In this document: in pieces, positions 1-14,153 of the stretch
Position numbering within the stretch: position 1 is the stretch's first letter
Layout: each line of letters begins with the position of its first letter
Source: Eledone cirrhosa
Lineage: Eukaryota
Reading direction: 5' to 3'
NCBI GenBank assembly: GCA_964016885.1
Contig: OZ024745.1
Coordinates: 90,086,001 to 90,150,000 of the forward strand
Length of the DNA stretch: 64,000 nt
The notes under the pieces: model-generated
The model's database searches: none
What the model saw: the letters and a program-made list of their open reading frames with translations, nothing else
What the model was told of the DNA's origin: nothing
Position numbers and translations under genes: made by a program

Positions 1-106
1 AATTAAATAATTTAATGGAAGTTAATACTGGTTATTTTCTTCTTTCATATACTTGATGTGATATTGTAAATCTACTGTGACTGGAAACTAACTGATTGGA
101 TTAAAC

Positions 107-3100
107 GGTGTATATGATGGCTGTGTTTGTGTCTGTGTAAGTGTGTGTGTTATGTTGTATGTGATGGCTGTGTCTGTGTGAGTGTGTGTGTGATGGTGTA
201 TATGATGGCTGTGTCTGTGTGAGTGTGTGTGTGATGGTGTATATGATGGCTGTGTCTGTGTGAGTGTGTGTGTGATGGTGTATATGATGGCTGTGTCTGT
301 GTAAGTGTGTGTGTGATGGTGTATATGATGGCTGTTTCTGTGTGAGTGTGTGTGTGATGGTGTATATGATGGCTGTGTCTGTGTGAGTGTGTGTGTTATG
401 TTGTATGTGATGGCTGTGTCTGTGTGAGTGTGTGTGTTATGTTGTATGTGATGGCTGTGTCTGTGTGAGTGTGTGTGTGATGGTTTGTGTGACGGCTGTG
501 TCTGTGTGAGTGTGTGTGTGATGGTGTATATGATGGCTGTGTCTGTGTGAGTGTGTGTGTGATGGTGTATATGATGGCTGTGTCTGTGTGAGTGTGTGTG
601 TGATGGTGTATATGATGGCTGTGTCTGTGTGAGTGTGTGTGTGATGGTGTGTGTGATGGCTGTGTCTGTGTGAGTGTGTGTGTCATGGTGTATATGATGG
701 CTGTGTCTGTGTGAGTGTGTGTGTCATGGTGTATATGATGGTTGTGTCTGTGTGAGTATGTGTGTGATGGTGTATATGATGGTTATGTCTGTGTGTGTGT
801 GTGTGATGGTGTGTGTGATGGCTGTGTCTGTGTGAGTGTGTGTGTGATGGTGTATATGATGGATGTGTCTGTGTGAGTATGTGTGTGATGGTGAGTGTGA
901 TGGCTGTGTCTGTGTGAGTGTGTGTGTGATGGTGTATATGATGGCTGTGTATGTGTGAGTGTGTGTGTGATGGTGTGTGTGATGGCTGTGTATGTGTGAG
1001 TGTGTGTGTGATGGTGTGTGTGATGGCTGTGTCTGTGTGAGTGTGTGTGTGATGCTGTATATGATGGCTGTGTCTGTGTGAGTGTGTATGTGATGGTGTA
1101 TATGATGGCTGTGTCTGTGTGAGTATGTGTGTGTGATGGTGTATATGATGGCTGTGTCTGTGTGAGTATGTGTGTGTGATGGTGTATATGATGGCTGTGT
1201 CTGTGTGAGTGTGTGTGTGATGGTGTATATGATGGCTGTGTATGTGTGAGTGTGTGTGTGATGGTGTATATGATGGCTGTGTATGTGTGAGTGTGTGTGT
1301 GATGGTGTGTGTGATGGCTGTGTATGTGTGAGTGTGCGTGTGTGATGGTGTATATGATGGCTGTGTCTGTGTGAGTGTGTGTGTGATGGTGTATGTGATG
1401 GCTGTGTCTGTGTGAGTGTGTGTGTGTGATGGTGTATATGATGGCTGTGTCTGTGTGAGTATGTGTGTGTGATGGTGTATATGATGGCTGTGTCTGTGTG
1501 AGTGTGTGTGTGATGGTGTATATGATGGCTGTGTCTGTGTGAGTGTGTGTGTGAGTGTGTGTGTGATGGTGTATATGATGGCTGTGTCTGTGTGAGTGTG
1601 TGTGTGATGGTGTATATGATGGCTGTGTATGTGTGAGTGTGTGTGTGATGGTGTGTGTGATGGCTGTGTATGTGTGAGTGTGTGTGTGATGGTGTGTGTG
1701 ATGGCTGTGTCTGTGTGAGTGTGTGTGTGATGCTGTATATGATGGCTGTGTCTGTGTGAGTGTGTATGTGATGGTGTATATGATGGCTGTGTCTGTGTGA
1801 GTATGTGTGTGTGATGGTGTATATGATGGCTGTGTCTGTGTGAGTGTGTGTGTGATGGTGTATATGATGGCTGTGTCTGTGTGAGTGTGTGTGTGATGGT
1901 GTATATGATGGCTGTGTCTGTGTGAGTATGTGTGTGTGATGGTGTATATGATGGCTGTGTTTGTGTGAGTGTGTGTGTGATGGTGTATATGATGGCTGTG
2001 TCTGTGTGAGTGTGTGTGTGATGGTGTATATGATGGCTGTGTCTGTGTGAGTATGTGTGTGTGATGGTGTATATGATGGCTGTGTCTGTGTGAGTGTGTG
2101 TGAGTGTGTATATGATGGTTGTGTCTGCGTGAGTGTGTGTGTGATGGTGTATGTGATGGCTGTGTCTGTGTGTGTGTGTGTGATGGTGTATATGATGGCT
2201 GTGTCTGTGTGAGTGTGTGTGTGTGATGGTGTATATGATGGCTGTGTCTGTGTGAGTGTGTGTGTGATGGTGTATGTGATGGCTGTGTCTGTGTGAGTGT
2301 GTGTGTGATGGTGTATATGATGGCTGTGTCTGTGTGAGTGTGTGTGTGATGGTGTATATGATGGTTGTGTCTGTGTGAGTGTGTGTGTGATGGTGTATAT
2401 GATGGTTGTGTCTGTGTGAGTGTGTGTGTGATGGTGTATGTGATGGCTGTTTCTGTGTGAGTATGTGTGTGATGGTGTATATGATGGCTGTGTCTGTGTG
2501 AGTGTGTGTGTGATGGTGTATATGATGGCTGTGTCTGTGTGAGTATGTGTGTGATGGTGTATATGATGGCTGTGTCTGTGTGAGTGTGTGTGTGATGGTG
2601 TATGTGATGGCTGTGTCTGTGTGAGTGTGTGTGTGATGGTGTATATGATGGCTGTGTCTGTGTGAGTGAGTGTGTGATGGTGTATATGATGGTTGTGTCT
2701 GTGTGAGTGTGTGTGTGATGGTGTATATGATGGCTGTGTCTGTGTGAGTGTGTGTGTGATGGTGTATATGATGGCTGTGTTTGTGTGAGTGTGTGTGTGA
2801 TGGTGTGTGTGATGGCTGTGTATGTGTGAGTGTGTGTGTGATGGTGTATATGATGGCTGTGTATGTGTGAGAGTGTGTGTGAGTGTGTATATGATGGTTG
2901 TGTCTATGTGAGTGTGTGTGTGATGGTGTATATGATGGTTGTGTCTGTGTGAGTGTGTGTGTGATGGTGTATATGATGGCTGTGTCTGTGTGAGTGTGTG
3001 TGTGATGGTATGTGTGATGGCTGTGTCTGTGTGAGTATGTGTGTGATGGTGTATATGATGGCTGTGTCTGTGTGTGATGGTGTGTGTGATGGCTGTGTCT

Positions 3101-6100
3101 GTGTGAGTGTGTGTGTGATGGTGTATGTGATGGCTGTGTCTGGGTGAGTGTGTGTGTGATGGTGTATATGATGGCTTTGTCTGTGTGAGTGTGTGTGTGA
3201 TGGTGTAATTGATGGTTATGTCTGTGTGAGTGTGTGTGTGATGGTGCATATGATGGCTGTGTCTGTGTGAGTGTGTGTGTGATGGTGTATATGATGGCTG
3301 TGTCTGTGTGAGGGTGTGTGTGATGGTGTGTGTGATGGCTGTGTCTGTGTGAGTATGTGTGTGTGATAGTGTATATGATGGCTGTGTCTGTGTGAGTGTG
3401 TGTGTGATGGTGTATGTGATGGCTGTGTCTGTGTGAGTGTGTGTGTGATGGTGTATATGATGGCTGTGTCTGTGTGAGTATGTGTGTGTGATGGTGTATA
3501 TGATGGCTGTGTCTGTGTGAGTGTGTGTGTGATGGTGTATGTGATGGCTGTGTCTGTGTGAGTGTGTGTGTGTGATGGTGTATATGATGGTTGTGTCTGT
3601 GTGAGTGTGTGTGTGATGGTGTATATGATGGTTGTGTCTGTGTGAGTGTGTGTGTGATGGTGTATATGATGGCTGTGTCTGTGTGAGTGTGTGTGTGATG
3701 GTGTGTGTGATGGCTGTGTCCGTGTGAGTATGTGTGTGTGATGGTGTATATGATGGTTGTGTCTGTGTGAGTGTGTGTGTGATGGTGTATATGATGGCTG
3801 TGTCTGTGTGAGTGTGTGTGTTATGGTGTATATGATGGCTGTGTCTGTGTGAGTATGTGTGTGATGGTGTGTGTGATGGCTGTGTGTGATGGTGTGTGTG
3901 ATGGCTGTGTCTGTGTGAGTGTGTGTGTGATGGTGTATATGATGGCTGTGTCTGTGTAAGTGTGTGTGTTGTGGTGTATATGATGGCTGTGTCTGTGTGA
4001 GTGTGTGTGTGTGATGGCTGTGTCTGTGTGAGTGTGTGTGTGATGGTGTGTGTGGTGGCTGTGTCTGTGTGAGTGTGTATGTGATGGTGTATATGATGGG
4101 TGTGTTTGTGTGAGTATGTGTGTGATGGTGTATATGATGGTTGTGTCTGTGTGAGAGTGTGTGTGGTGGTATGTGTGATGGCTGTGTCTGTGTGAGTATG
4201 TGTGTGATGGTGTATATCATGGCTGTGTCTGTGTGTGATGGTGTGTGTGATGGCTGTGTCTGTGTGAGTGTGTGTGTGATGGTGTGTGTTATGGCTGTGT
4301 CTGTGTGAGTGTGTGTGTGATGGTGTGTGTGATGGCTGTGTCTGTGTGAGTGTGTGTGTGATGGTGTATATGATGGCTGTGTCTGTGTGAGTGTGTGTGT
4401 GATGGTGTGTGTGATGGCTGTGTCTGTGTGAGTGTGTGTGTCATGGTGTATATGATGGCTGTGTCTGTGTGAGTGTGTGTGTCATGGTGTATATGATGGT
4501 TGTGTCTGTGTGAGTATGTGTGTGATGGTGTATATGATGGTTATGTCTGTGTGTGTGTGTGTGATGGTGTGTGTGATGGCTGTGTCTGTGTGAGTGTGTG
4601 TGTGATGGTGTATATGATGGATGTGTCTGTGTGAGTATGTGTGTGATGGTGAGTGTGATGGCCGTGTCTGTGTGAGTGTGTGTGTGATGGTGTATATGAT
4701 GGCTGTGTATGTGTGAGTGTGTGTGTGATGGTGTGTGTGATGGCTGTGTATGTGTGAGTGTGTGTGTGATGGTGTGTGTGATGGCTGTGTCTGTGTGAGT
4801 GTGTGTGTGATGCTGTATATGATGGCTGTGTCTGTGTGAGTGTGTATGTGATGGTGTATATGATGGCTGTGTCTGTGTGAGTATGTGTGTGTGATGGTGT
4901 ATATGATGGCTGTGTCTGTGTGAGTATGTGTGTGTGATGGTGTATATGATGGCTGTGTCTGTGTGAGTGTGTGTGTGATGGTGTATATGATGGCTGTGTA
5001 TGTGTGAGTGTGTGTGTGATGGTGTATATGATGGCTGTGTATGTGTGAGTGTGTGTGTGATGGTGTGTGTGATGGCTGTGTATGTGTGAGTGTGCGTGTG
5101 TGATGGTGTATATGATGGCTGTGTCTGTGTGAGTGTGTGTGTGATGGTGTATGTGATGGCTGTGTGAGTGTGTGTGTGTGATGGTGTATATGATGGCTGT
5201 GTCTGTGTGAGTATGTGTGTGTGATGGTGTATATGATGGCTGTGTCTGTGTGAGTGTGTGTGTGATGGTGTATATGATGGCTGTGTCTGTGTGAGTGTGT
5301 GTGTGAGTGTGTGTGTGATGGTGTATATGATGGCTGTGTCTGTGTGAGTGTGTGTGTGATGGTGTATATGATGGCTGTGTATGTGTGAGTGTGTGTGTGA
5401 TGGTGTGTGTGATGGCTGTGTATGTGTGAGTGTGTGTGTGATGGTGTGTGTGATGGCTGTGTCTGTGTGAGTGTGTGTGTGATGCTGTATATGATGGCTG
5501 TGTCTGTGTGAGTGTGTATGTGATGGTGTATATGATGGCTGTGTCTGTGTGAGTATGTGTGTGTGATGGTGTATATGATGGCTGTGTCTGTGTGAGTGTG
5601 TGTGTGATGGTGTATATGATGGCTGTGTCTGTGTGAGTGTGTGTGTGATGGTGTATATGATGGCTGTGTCTGTGTGAGTATGTGTGTGTGATGGTGTATA
5701 TGATGGCTGTGTTTGTGTGAGTGTGTGTGTGATGGTGTATATGATGGCTGTGTCTGTGTGAGTGTGTGTGTGATGGTGTATATGATGGCTGTGTCTGTGT
5801 GAGTATGTGTGTGTGATGGTGTATATGATGGCTGTGTCTGTGTGAGTGTGTGTGAGTGTGTATATGATGGTTGTGTCTGCGTGAGTGTGTGTGTGATGGT
5901 GTATGTGATGGCTGTGTCTGTGTGTGTGTGTGTGATGGTGTATATGATGGCTGTGTCTGTGTGAGTGTGTGTGTGTGATGGTGTATATGATGGCTGTGTC
6001 TGTGTGAGTGTGTGTGTGATGGTGTATGTGATGGCTGTGTCTGTGTGAGTGTGTGTGTGATGGTGTATATGATGGCTGTGTCTGTGTGAGTGTGTGTGTG

Positions 6101-9100
6101 ATGGTGTATATGATGGTTGTGTCTGTGTGAGTGTGTGTGTGATGGTGTATATGATGGTTGTGTCTGTGTGAGTGTGTGTGTGATGGTGTATGTGATGGCT
6201 GTTTCTGTGTGAGTATGTGTGTGATGGTGTATATGATGGCTGTGTCTGTGTGAGTGTGTGTGTGATGGTGTATATGATGGCTGTGTCTGTGTGAGTATGT
6301 GTGTGATGGTGTATATGATGGCTGTGTCTGTGTGAGTGTGTGTGTGATGGTGTATGTGATGGCTGTGTCTGTGTGAGTGTGTGTGTGATGGTGTATATGA
6401 TGGCTGTGTCTGTGTGAGTGAGTGTGTGATGGTGTATATGATGGTTGTGTCTGTGTGAGTGTGTGTGTGATGGTGTATATGATGGCTGTGTCTGTGTGAG
6501 TGTGTGTGTGATGGTGTATATGATGGCTGTGTTTGTGTGAGTGTGTGTGTGATGGTGTGTGTGATGGCTGTGTATGTGTGAGTGTGTGTGTGATGGTGTA
6601 TATGATGGCTGTGTATGTGTGAGAGTGTGTGTGAGTGTGTATATGATGGTTGTGTCTATGTGAGTGTGTGTGTGATGGTGTATATGATGGTTGTGTCTGT
6701 GTGAGTGTGTGTGTGATGGTGTATATGATGGCTGTGTCTGTGTGAGTGTGTGTGTGATGGTATGTGTGATGGCTGTGTCTGTGTGAGTATGTGTGTGATG
6801 GTGTATATGATGGCTGTGTCTGTGTGTGATGGTGTGTGTGATGGCTGTGTCTGTGTGAGTGTGTGTGTGATGGTGTATGTGATGGCTGTGTCTGGGTGAG
6901 TGTGTGTGTGATGGTGTATATGATGGCTTTGTCTGTGTGAGTGTGTGTGTGATGGTGTAATTGATGGTTATGTCTGTGTGAGTGTGTGTGTGATGGTGCA
7001 TATGATGGCTGTGTCTGTGTGAGTGTGTGTGTGATGGTGTATATGATGGCTGTGTCTGTGTGAGGGTGTGTGTGATGGTGTGTGTGATGGCTGTGTCTGT
7101 GTGAGTATGTGTGTGTGATAGTGTATATGATGGCTGTGTCTGTGTGAGTGTGTGTGTGATGGTGTATGTGATGGCTGTGTCTGTGTGAGTGTGTGTGTGA
7201 TGGTGTATATGATGGCTGTGTCTGTGTGAGTATGTGTGTGTGATGGTGTATATGATGGCTGTGTCTGTGTGAGTGTGTGTGTGATGGTGTATGTGATGGC
7301 TGTGTCTGTGTGAGTGTGTGTGTGTGATGGTGTATATGATGGTTGTGTCTGTGTGAGTGTGTGTGTGATGTTGTATATGATGGTTGTGTCTGTGTGAGTG
7401 TGTGTGTGATGGTGTATATGATGGCTGTGTCTGTGTGAGTGTGTGTGTGATGGTGTGTGTGATGGCTGTGTCCGTGTGAGTATGTGTGTGTGATGGTGTA
7501 TATGATGGTTGTGTCTGTGTGAGTGTGTGTGTGATGGTGTATATGATGGCTGTGTCTGTGTGAGTGTGTGTGTTATGGTGTATATGATGGCTCTGTCTGT
7601 GTGAGTATGTGTGTGATGGTGTGTGTGATGGCTGTGTGTGATGGTGTGTGTGATGGCTGTGTCTGTGTGAGTGTGTGTGTGATGGTGTATATGATGGCTG
7701 TGTCTGTGTAAGTGTGTGTGTTGTGGTGTATATGATGGCTGTGTCTGTGTGAGTGTGTGTGTGTGATGGCTGTGTCTGTGTGAGTGTGTGTGTGATGGTG
7801 TGTGTGGTGGCTGTGTCTGTGTGAGTGTGTATGTGATGGTGTATATGATGGGTGTGTTTGTGTGAGTATGTGTGTGATGGTGTATATGATGGTTGTGTCT
7901 GTGTGAGAGTGTGTGTGGTGGTATGTGTGATGGCTGTGTCTGTGTGAGTATGTGTGTGATGGTGTATATCATGGCTGTGTCTGTGTGTGATGGTGTGTGT
8001 GATGGCTGTGTCTGTGTGAGTGTGTGTGTGATGGTGTGTGTTATGGCTGTGTCTGTGTGAGTGTGTGTGTGATGGTGTGTGTGATGGCTGTGTCTGTGTG
8101 AGTGTGTGTGTGATGGTGTGTGTGATGGCTGTGTCTGTGTGAGTGTGTTTGTGTGAGTGTGTGTGTGATGGTGTGTGTGATGGCTGTGTCTGTGTGAGTG
8201 TGTGTGTGATGGTGTATGTGATGGTTGTGTTTGTGTGAGTGTTTGTGTGATGGTGTATATGATGGCTGTGTCTGTGTGAGTGTGTGTGTGATGGTGTGTG
8301 TGATGGCTGTGTCTGTGTGAGTGTGTGTGTGATGGTGTGTGTGATGGCTGTGTCTGTGTGAGTGTGTGCGTGATGGTGTATATGATGGCTGTGTCTGTGT
8401 GAGTGTGTGTGTGATGGTGTGTGTGATGGCTGTGTCTGTGTGAGTGTGTGTGTGATGGTGTGTGTGATGGCTGTGTCTGTGTGAGTGTGTGCGTGATGGT
8501 GTGTGTGATGGCTGTGTCTGTGTGAGTGTGTGTGTGTTGGTGTATATGATGGCTGTGTCTGTGTGAATGTGTGTGTGATGGTGTGTGTGATGGTTGTGTT
8601 TGTGTGAGTGTGTGTGATGGTGTGTGTGATGGCTGTGTCTGTGTGAGTGTGTGTGTGATGGTGTGTGTGATGGCTGTGTCTGTGTGAGTGTGTGTGTGAT
8701 GGTGTGTGTGATGGCTGTGTCTGTGTGAGTATGTGTGTGATGGTGTGTGTGATGGCTGTGTCTGTGTGAGTATGTGTGTGATGGTGTATATGATGGCTGT
8801 GTCTGTGTGAGTGTGTGTGTGAGTGTGTATATGATGCTTGTGTCTGTATGAGTGTGTGTGATGGTGTATATGATGGGTGTGTCTGTGTGAGTGTGAGTGA
8901 GATGGTGTATGTGATGGCTGTGTCTGTGTGAGAGTGTGTGTGAGTGTGTATGATGGCTGTTTGTGTGAGTGTGTGTGTCATGGTGTATATGATGGTTGTG
9001 TCTGTGTGAGTGTGTGTGTGATGGTGTGTTTGATGGCTGTTTGTGTGAGTGTGTGTGTCATGGTGTATATGATGGTTGTGTCTGTGTGAGTGTGTGTGTG

Positions 9101-10111
9101 ATGGTGTGTGTGATGGCTGTGTCTGTGTGAGAGTGTGTGTCATGGTGTATATGATGGCTGTGTATGTGTGAGTGTGTGTGTGATGGTGTGTGTGATGGCT
9201 GTGTCTGTGTGAGTGTGTGTGTGATGGTGTATATGATGGCTGTGTCTGTGTGAGTCTGTGTGTGATGGCTGTGTCTGTGTGATTGTGTTTGTGATGGTGT
9301 GTGTGATGGTGTGTGTGATGGCTGTGTCTGTGTGAGTATGTGTGTGATGGTGTATATGATGGCTGTGTCTGTGTGAGTGTGTGTGTGATGGTGTATATGA
9401 TGGCTGTGTCTGTGTGAGTATGTGTGTGATGGTGTATAGGATGGCTGTGTCTGTGTGAGTGTGTGCGTGATGGTGTGTGTGATGGCTGTGTCTCTGTGAG
9501 TATGTGTGTGATGGTGTGTGTGATGGCTGTGTCTGTGTGAGTGTGTGTGTAATGGTGTATATGATGGCTGTGTCTGTGTGAGTATGTTTGATGGTGTATA
9601 TGATGGCTGTGTCTGTGTGAGTGTGTTTGTGATGGTGTGTGTGATGGCTGTGTCTGTGTGAGTGTGTGTGTAATGGTGTATATGATGGCTGTGTCTGTGT
9701 GAGTGTGTGTGTGATGGTGTATATGATGGCTGTGTCTGTGTGAGTGTGTGTGTGATGGTGTGTGTGATGGCTGTGTCTGTGTGAGTGTGTGTGTGATGGT
9801 GTATATGATGGCTGTGTCTGTGTGAGTGTGTGTGTGATGGTGTATATGATGGTTGTGTTTGTGTGAGTGTTTGTGTGATGGTGTATATGATGGCTGTGTC
9901 TGTGTGAGTGTGTGTGTGATGGTGTATATGATGGCTGTGTCTGTGTGAGTGTGTGTGTGATGGTGTATATTACGGCTGTGTTTGTGCGTGTGTGTGTGTG
10001 AGTATATATCAGTATGATGGTGTATGTGATGGTGTGTGCGATGGCTGTGCCTGTGTGAGTGTGTGTGTGGTGGTGTGTGTGATGGCTGTGCTTGTGTAAG
10101 TGTGTGTGTGT
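107..10111. repeat. 41-bp GT-rich tandem satellite (~10 kb) with a ~3.75-kb higher-order duplication
   Basis: Unit TGATGGTGTATATGATGGCTGTGTCTGTGTGAGTGTGTGTG is repeated throughout. Rare variants recur at offsets of 3758/3752 (TCTGCGT ~2125/~5877, GTAATT ~3205/~6957, ATATCAT ~4214/~7966). Confidence 0.97.
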
Positions 10112-10240
10112 ATAAATTCGGAATTTCCTTCGAAGAATTATATACAATATATCGATACTATTAACTATGTGCATAATTACTTTTTACATTTTGGTTATGT
10201 TGAAATTGTCTCAATTTAAGATACCAAGTTTTGTTCGATT

Positions 10241-10329
10241 CCATATGGAGTGATTTCATATGGAGTGATTCCATATGGAGTGATTCCATATGGAGTGATT
10301 CTATATGGAGTGATTCCATATGGAGTGTT
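10241..10329. repeat. 15-bp minisatellite, 6 copies, palindromic core
   Basis: (CCATATGGAGTGATT)x6 with core TCCATATGGA. Confidence 0.9.
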
Positions 10330-11130
10330 CGCCCCACAGAGTGGCAATTTAAAAATGATGTTAATAAGTGCAAACTTGAGATTTTACCCTATTTTTTTTC
10401 ACACCAAATCAAATTTGTAACAAATTATGGTCGGAAACTTCTGTCTTACCTTCTCCACTCATGTTACTGGGCATCTGGCATCACCCATACGCCAATTTGT
10501 TTACATTTTTACGCTGTTTTACTAACAAAGGGGCATAAGAATGTTTGAGATGTTGAGGTAGGGCACGGGGCACAAAGGGTTGGGAACCACTGCTTTCGAC
10601 TAAACCTTTTTTCTTGTTAAAGCAATATCATTTCACTTATTTTGCAAATTCTCTTATGTAAATACGAGTTCCTCCCTCTAATATCCCTTCCCAGTCACTT
10701 TTCTTCTTTCTGTAGCTCTGGAGAGAACTAAGGTTTATAAGCACCCACGTATACAGTGGTACACTCAACGATGATAGTGCAGATTTTTTATGTTTGATTT
10801 TATCTGTTTCATCATTGCTTCTTCAATAAATAATTTACTAGCCTAGAAGGGAGAATAACTGTAGATGTTCTTTGTATAGAAAGAAATTATTCCAGAAGAT
10901 TACCAAAACTAATCGTAACTTGAGCAAAGTCAAATGAGTTTTAAAATAGATTTTTCTTTTAATCTCTAGGCAAAATAATTAGTGAATTGAGACGTTACAC
11001 TGGAAGATTTCTATTCAGTAAAATTGTTTGGTGCAGAGGTATTTAATAGCCTAATGTAGAATTACAGCAAGTTCAGTTCTTTTTCATCATAAGGAATTTG
11101 ATGCACTTGCAAACATATATATATATATAT

Positions 11131-11855
11131 ATCATCATCAACGTTTAACGTCCGTGTTCCACGCTTGCATGGGTTTGGACGGGAGTTTTCCCACTTGAGG
11201 CAAGAGTGATTGTCTTGCTCGCATAGGACTGTCTGGCGGGTTTTCTACAGCTGGATGCCCTTCCTAACACCAACCACATTTACAGTGTGGGGCTGGGAGG
11301 TTTTTACCGTGTTGCCTACACGGCCACATTACAGCGTGGACTGTCTGGCGGGTTTTCTACAGCTGGATGCCCTTCCTAACACCAACCACATTTGCAGTGT
11401 GGGGCTGGGAGGTTTTTACCGTGTTGCCTATACGGCCACTTTACAGCGTGAGACTGTGTGTTTTTTTGTCGTGACACCTACACGATCTCATTTGTTTCGG
11501 CCTGGATGTTGTGGCACCAACATAACTCTACATTGAAAGGGGCGGTGTGGATGGGGTGGGGGTGGTGGGACGGGGGTGTATTTTGTTAGAGATGCCCACT
11601 GACTGTAGTAGGTTTTACTTTGTATTTAGGTAAGGCGGGTCTTCTCTATTACTGAGTACCGCCAAAGGTCTCGGTCCAGTGACATTGTCTTGGAGAGGTG
11701 TAAGTGTGTGAGGTCGGAATTTATCAGCTTGTCCCAGGTTTTTCTGGGTCTGCCTTCTCCGTGGCTACCGTCTATCTTTATTGCCCTGCACTTTGTTATA
11801 CAGCTATCGTCTTTCATGCGCATCACGTGACCACACCAACGTAGCCTTCTCTCGA

Positions 11856-11856
<1 letters not shown>
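11131..11856 (-). mobile_element. RTE-clade LINE 3' fragment with 3' UTR
   Basis: Minus-strand ERRLRWCGHVMRM...GRPRKTW is the RTE C-terminal motif. The 3' UTR has a ~112-bp internal duplication (11226/11338) and a short (ATG)n tail. The 5' side is cut by (TA)n. Confidence 0.85.
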
Positions 11857-11903
<47 letters not shown>

Positions 11904-11907
<4 letters not shown>

Positions 11908-12824
11908 GAGGTGAGTTTTATTGTAGCACAATAAAACTATGTATATATCGGATAAGTAGCACCCAACAGTTTATTGAACTCGAGTATATATAAGAAGAAA
12001 TTAAAAGATGATTCTTCTATTTACTTGTGGATTAAATTAATATTTAAATATTTAAATAGTTTTCCCACATATATAATTTCTTTTAGATATAATCTATAAT
12101 TTTTTTTATATATAACATATAATTTTTAATAGTAAACTTTCAATTTTTGACATGGTTTGACTACTCATATATTTTCTTCTACACATATATATATTTTTTC
12201 ACATAAATATCTTCACACATATTTCTCACATTTTTCAATTACATTCTATTTAAACAAACTATGACATTAGTTTGTCTTCTACGCTTATAAATCATTTAAT
12301 TTTATTTTACTTCATTTTATTTTATTTTATTTTAATAATACCTTTTCACACCTCTTTATAATTTTTTTTTAGTATATAAACCCTAAATAAATAATATACA
12401 TAGTTTCTATATCTGTAATCATAAACGTCATCAATTCATTAATTAATTTATTTATTTCGTAGCCGTATATATTTTTTCCAGCCGTTATTCACAGCTGTTT
12501 TTCAGTTTTGACAGCGTTTCCCGTTTAAAAGTCTCTACCTCTCCCCTTTCTCTTTCTCTCTCCTCTCTTCTTAAACTTTTCCTCCGTTATCTCTTTCTTT
12601 TTCCTTTTCCCTCTTCCTTCCTTTTTCCAATCTTCTCTCTCCTTTTATATGTTTATCATATGTTGACTAGACACCTTCTTGTTCACAAGTGTTTTTTTTT
12701 AGGCATCATATCATATTACATTATTTTATCTGATGAGAACGCAACTATCGTCCCAGGATGATATTTGTTTTTGAAATGCGCATAATAAAATATATGGAAC
12801 TTTTTAACCATCTTTTAATTTCTT

Positions 12825-12830
<6 letters not shown>
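11904..12830. mobile_element. Non-autonomous Penelope-like derivative with inverted pLTR pieces, flanked by (TA)n
   Basis: 11906-12010 matches the pLTR at 25063/28086 in the same orientation. ~12650-12825 matches the reverse complement of ~28185-28340 and includes the hammerhead. Confidence 0.75.
12722..12792 (+). ncRNA. Type I minimal hammerhead ribozyme
   Basis: TATTTTAT-CTGATGA-[long stem II]-GAAA-TGCGCA-TA-ATAAAATA: intact core, 8-bp stem I, palindromic stem III. Confidence 0.85.
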
Positions 12831-12864
<34 letters not shown>

Positions 12865-12867
12865 AAG

Positions 12868-12909
<42 letters not shown>

Positions 12910-13354
12910 TTATATATATATATTATATATATATATCTATGTTTGCCTTGTATATAAATATATATGTGTGTATATATATATATATAGATAACATATATAA
13001 TATATATGATATATATATATAAATTATATATATACATAATATATATATATATACATACACACACACATACATGTATATATATACATACACACACACATAC
13101 ACACGCGCGCACACATATATATTTGCTCTAGGGTTCTTATATATTTGATATATATTTATCCTTATCGAGCCCTCTTTGGATTTTAGTCTTCACATTTATT
13201 ATTATTACTAATTATATATATATATATATATGCGAGAAAAATCACAAACCCTCCATCTCAATTCTATTTTTGAAAAGCAGAAGCACTGTGAAATCGGTAA
13301 CGGAAACTAATAAATATTCTTAAAAAGACTCCAGTTGCATTTTTGATTTCTTTT

Positions 13355-13407
<53 letters not shown>

Positions 13408-13411
<4 letters not shown>

Positions 13412-13564
13412 AACGAGTAGGACCCCTGTCCAGAATTAGCCGTCGAAACGGCTTAAGCTCAGCCGTCTGGGTCCTACTCGTTCCTATTACCCACCCTACT
13501 ACCCTAAGTATTGAGTACTTTGGTGCGTTATGGTCCACCTGGTTCCTTACCACATTTCCTTCGT

Positions 13565-13565
<1 letters not shown>
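13408..13565. mobile_element. Short (TA)n-flanked fold-back repeat, related to 35667-36346 and 36398-36528
   Basis: TAGGAACGAGTAGGACCC...GGGTCCTACTCGTTCCTA inverted arms around an AGCCGT-CGAA-ACGGCT hairpin. The remainder is the reverse complement of 35667-35800. Confidence 0.7.
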
Positions 13566-13599
<34 letters not shown>

Positions 13600-14003
13600 G
13601 TTTTAACTAACCATATAGAGTAATAGCTTATAATTTACTACAATGCCTTACATTTCTCATGTAAACATTATAAATACATCCATATTCTTAAAATATATAT
13701 TAAAAAATATATACGTATAATTATATCATTTCTTCCAAACTCATGTATATATCTTTGTGAGTATATATCTATAACTAACTCTACACTAAGTCTACATTAA
13801 CTCTTCACCCTATAATAACAACCGCATAAACAATATAAACAAGGATGTTTTTCAAAATGTACCAAGCGTCTAAACTTTTTCTGTCTTAATGTATCCTCAT
13901 TAACATATATCACTGGGTTTCAAATGTTTCAATCACTATCTTCATTGGGCTTATACTATTAAGTTCACATGAAGATATGTCACTATCTTAACACCAAATA
14001 CTA

Positions 14004-14064
14004 TATTTTATCTGACGAAAGCGTACTTAAATATTAGTACCTTTGAAATACGTATAATAAAATA
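14004..14064 (+). ncRNA. Type I minimal hammerhead ribozyme
   Basis: TATTTTAT-CTGACGA-AAG C GTACT...AGTAC C TTT-GAAA-TACGTA-TA-ATAAAATA. Confidence 0.85.
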
Positions 14065-14067
14065 AAT

Positions 14068-14107
14068 ATGATCCTCATCGTCATCATCATCATAATCAAC
14101 ATCATAA

Positions 14108-14153
<46 letters not shown>

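Noticed and set aside
396-10174. Long His/Thr-rich ORFs (up to 1553 aa)
   Set aside because: They are translations of a 41-bp satellite cycling through all three frames. Stops are absent because of base composition.
10241-10329. CRISPR-like array or WSDSI repeat protein
   Set aside because: No spacers, eukaryotic context, no cas genes, and no splice or coding support.
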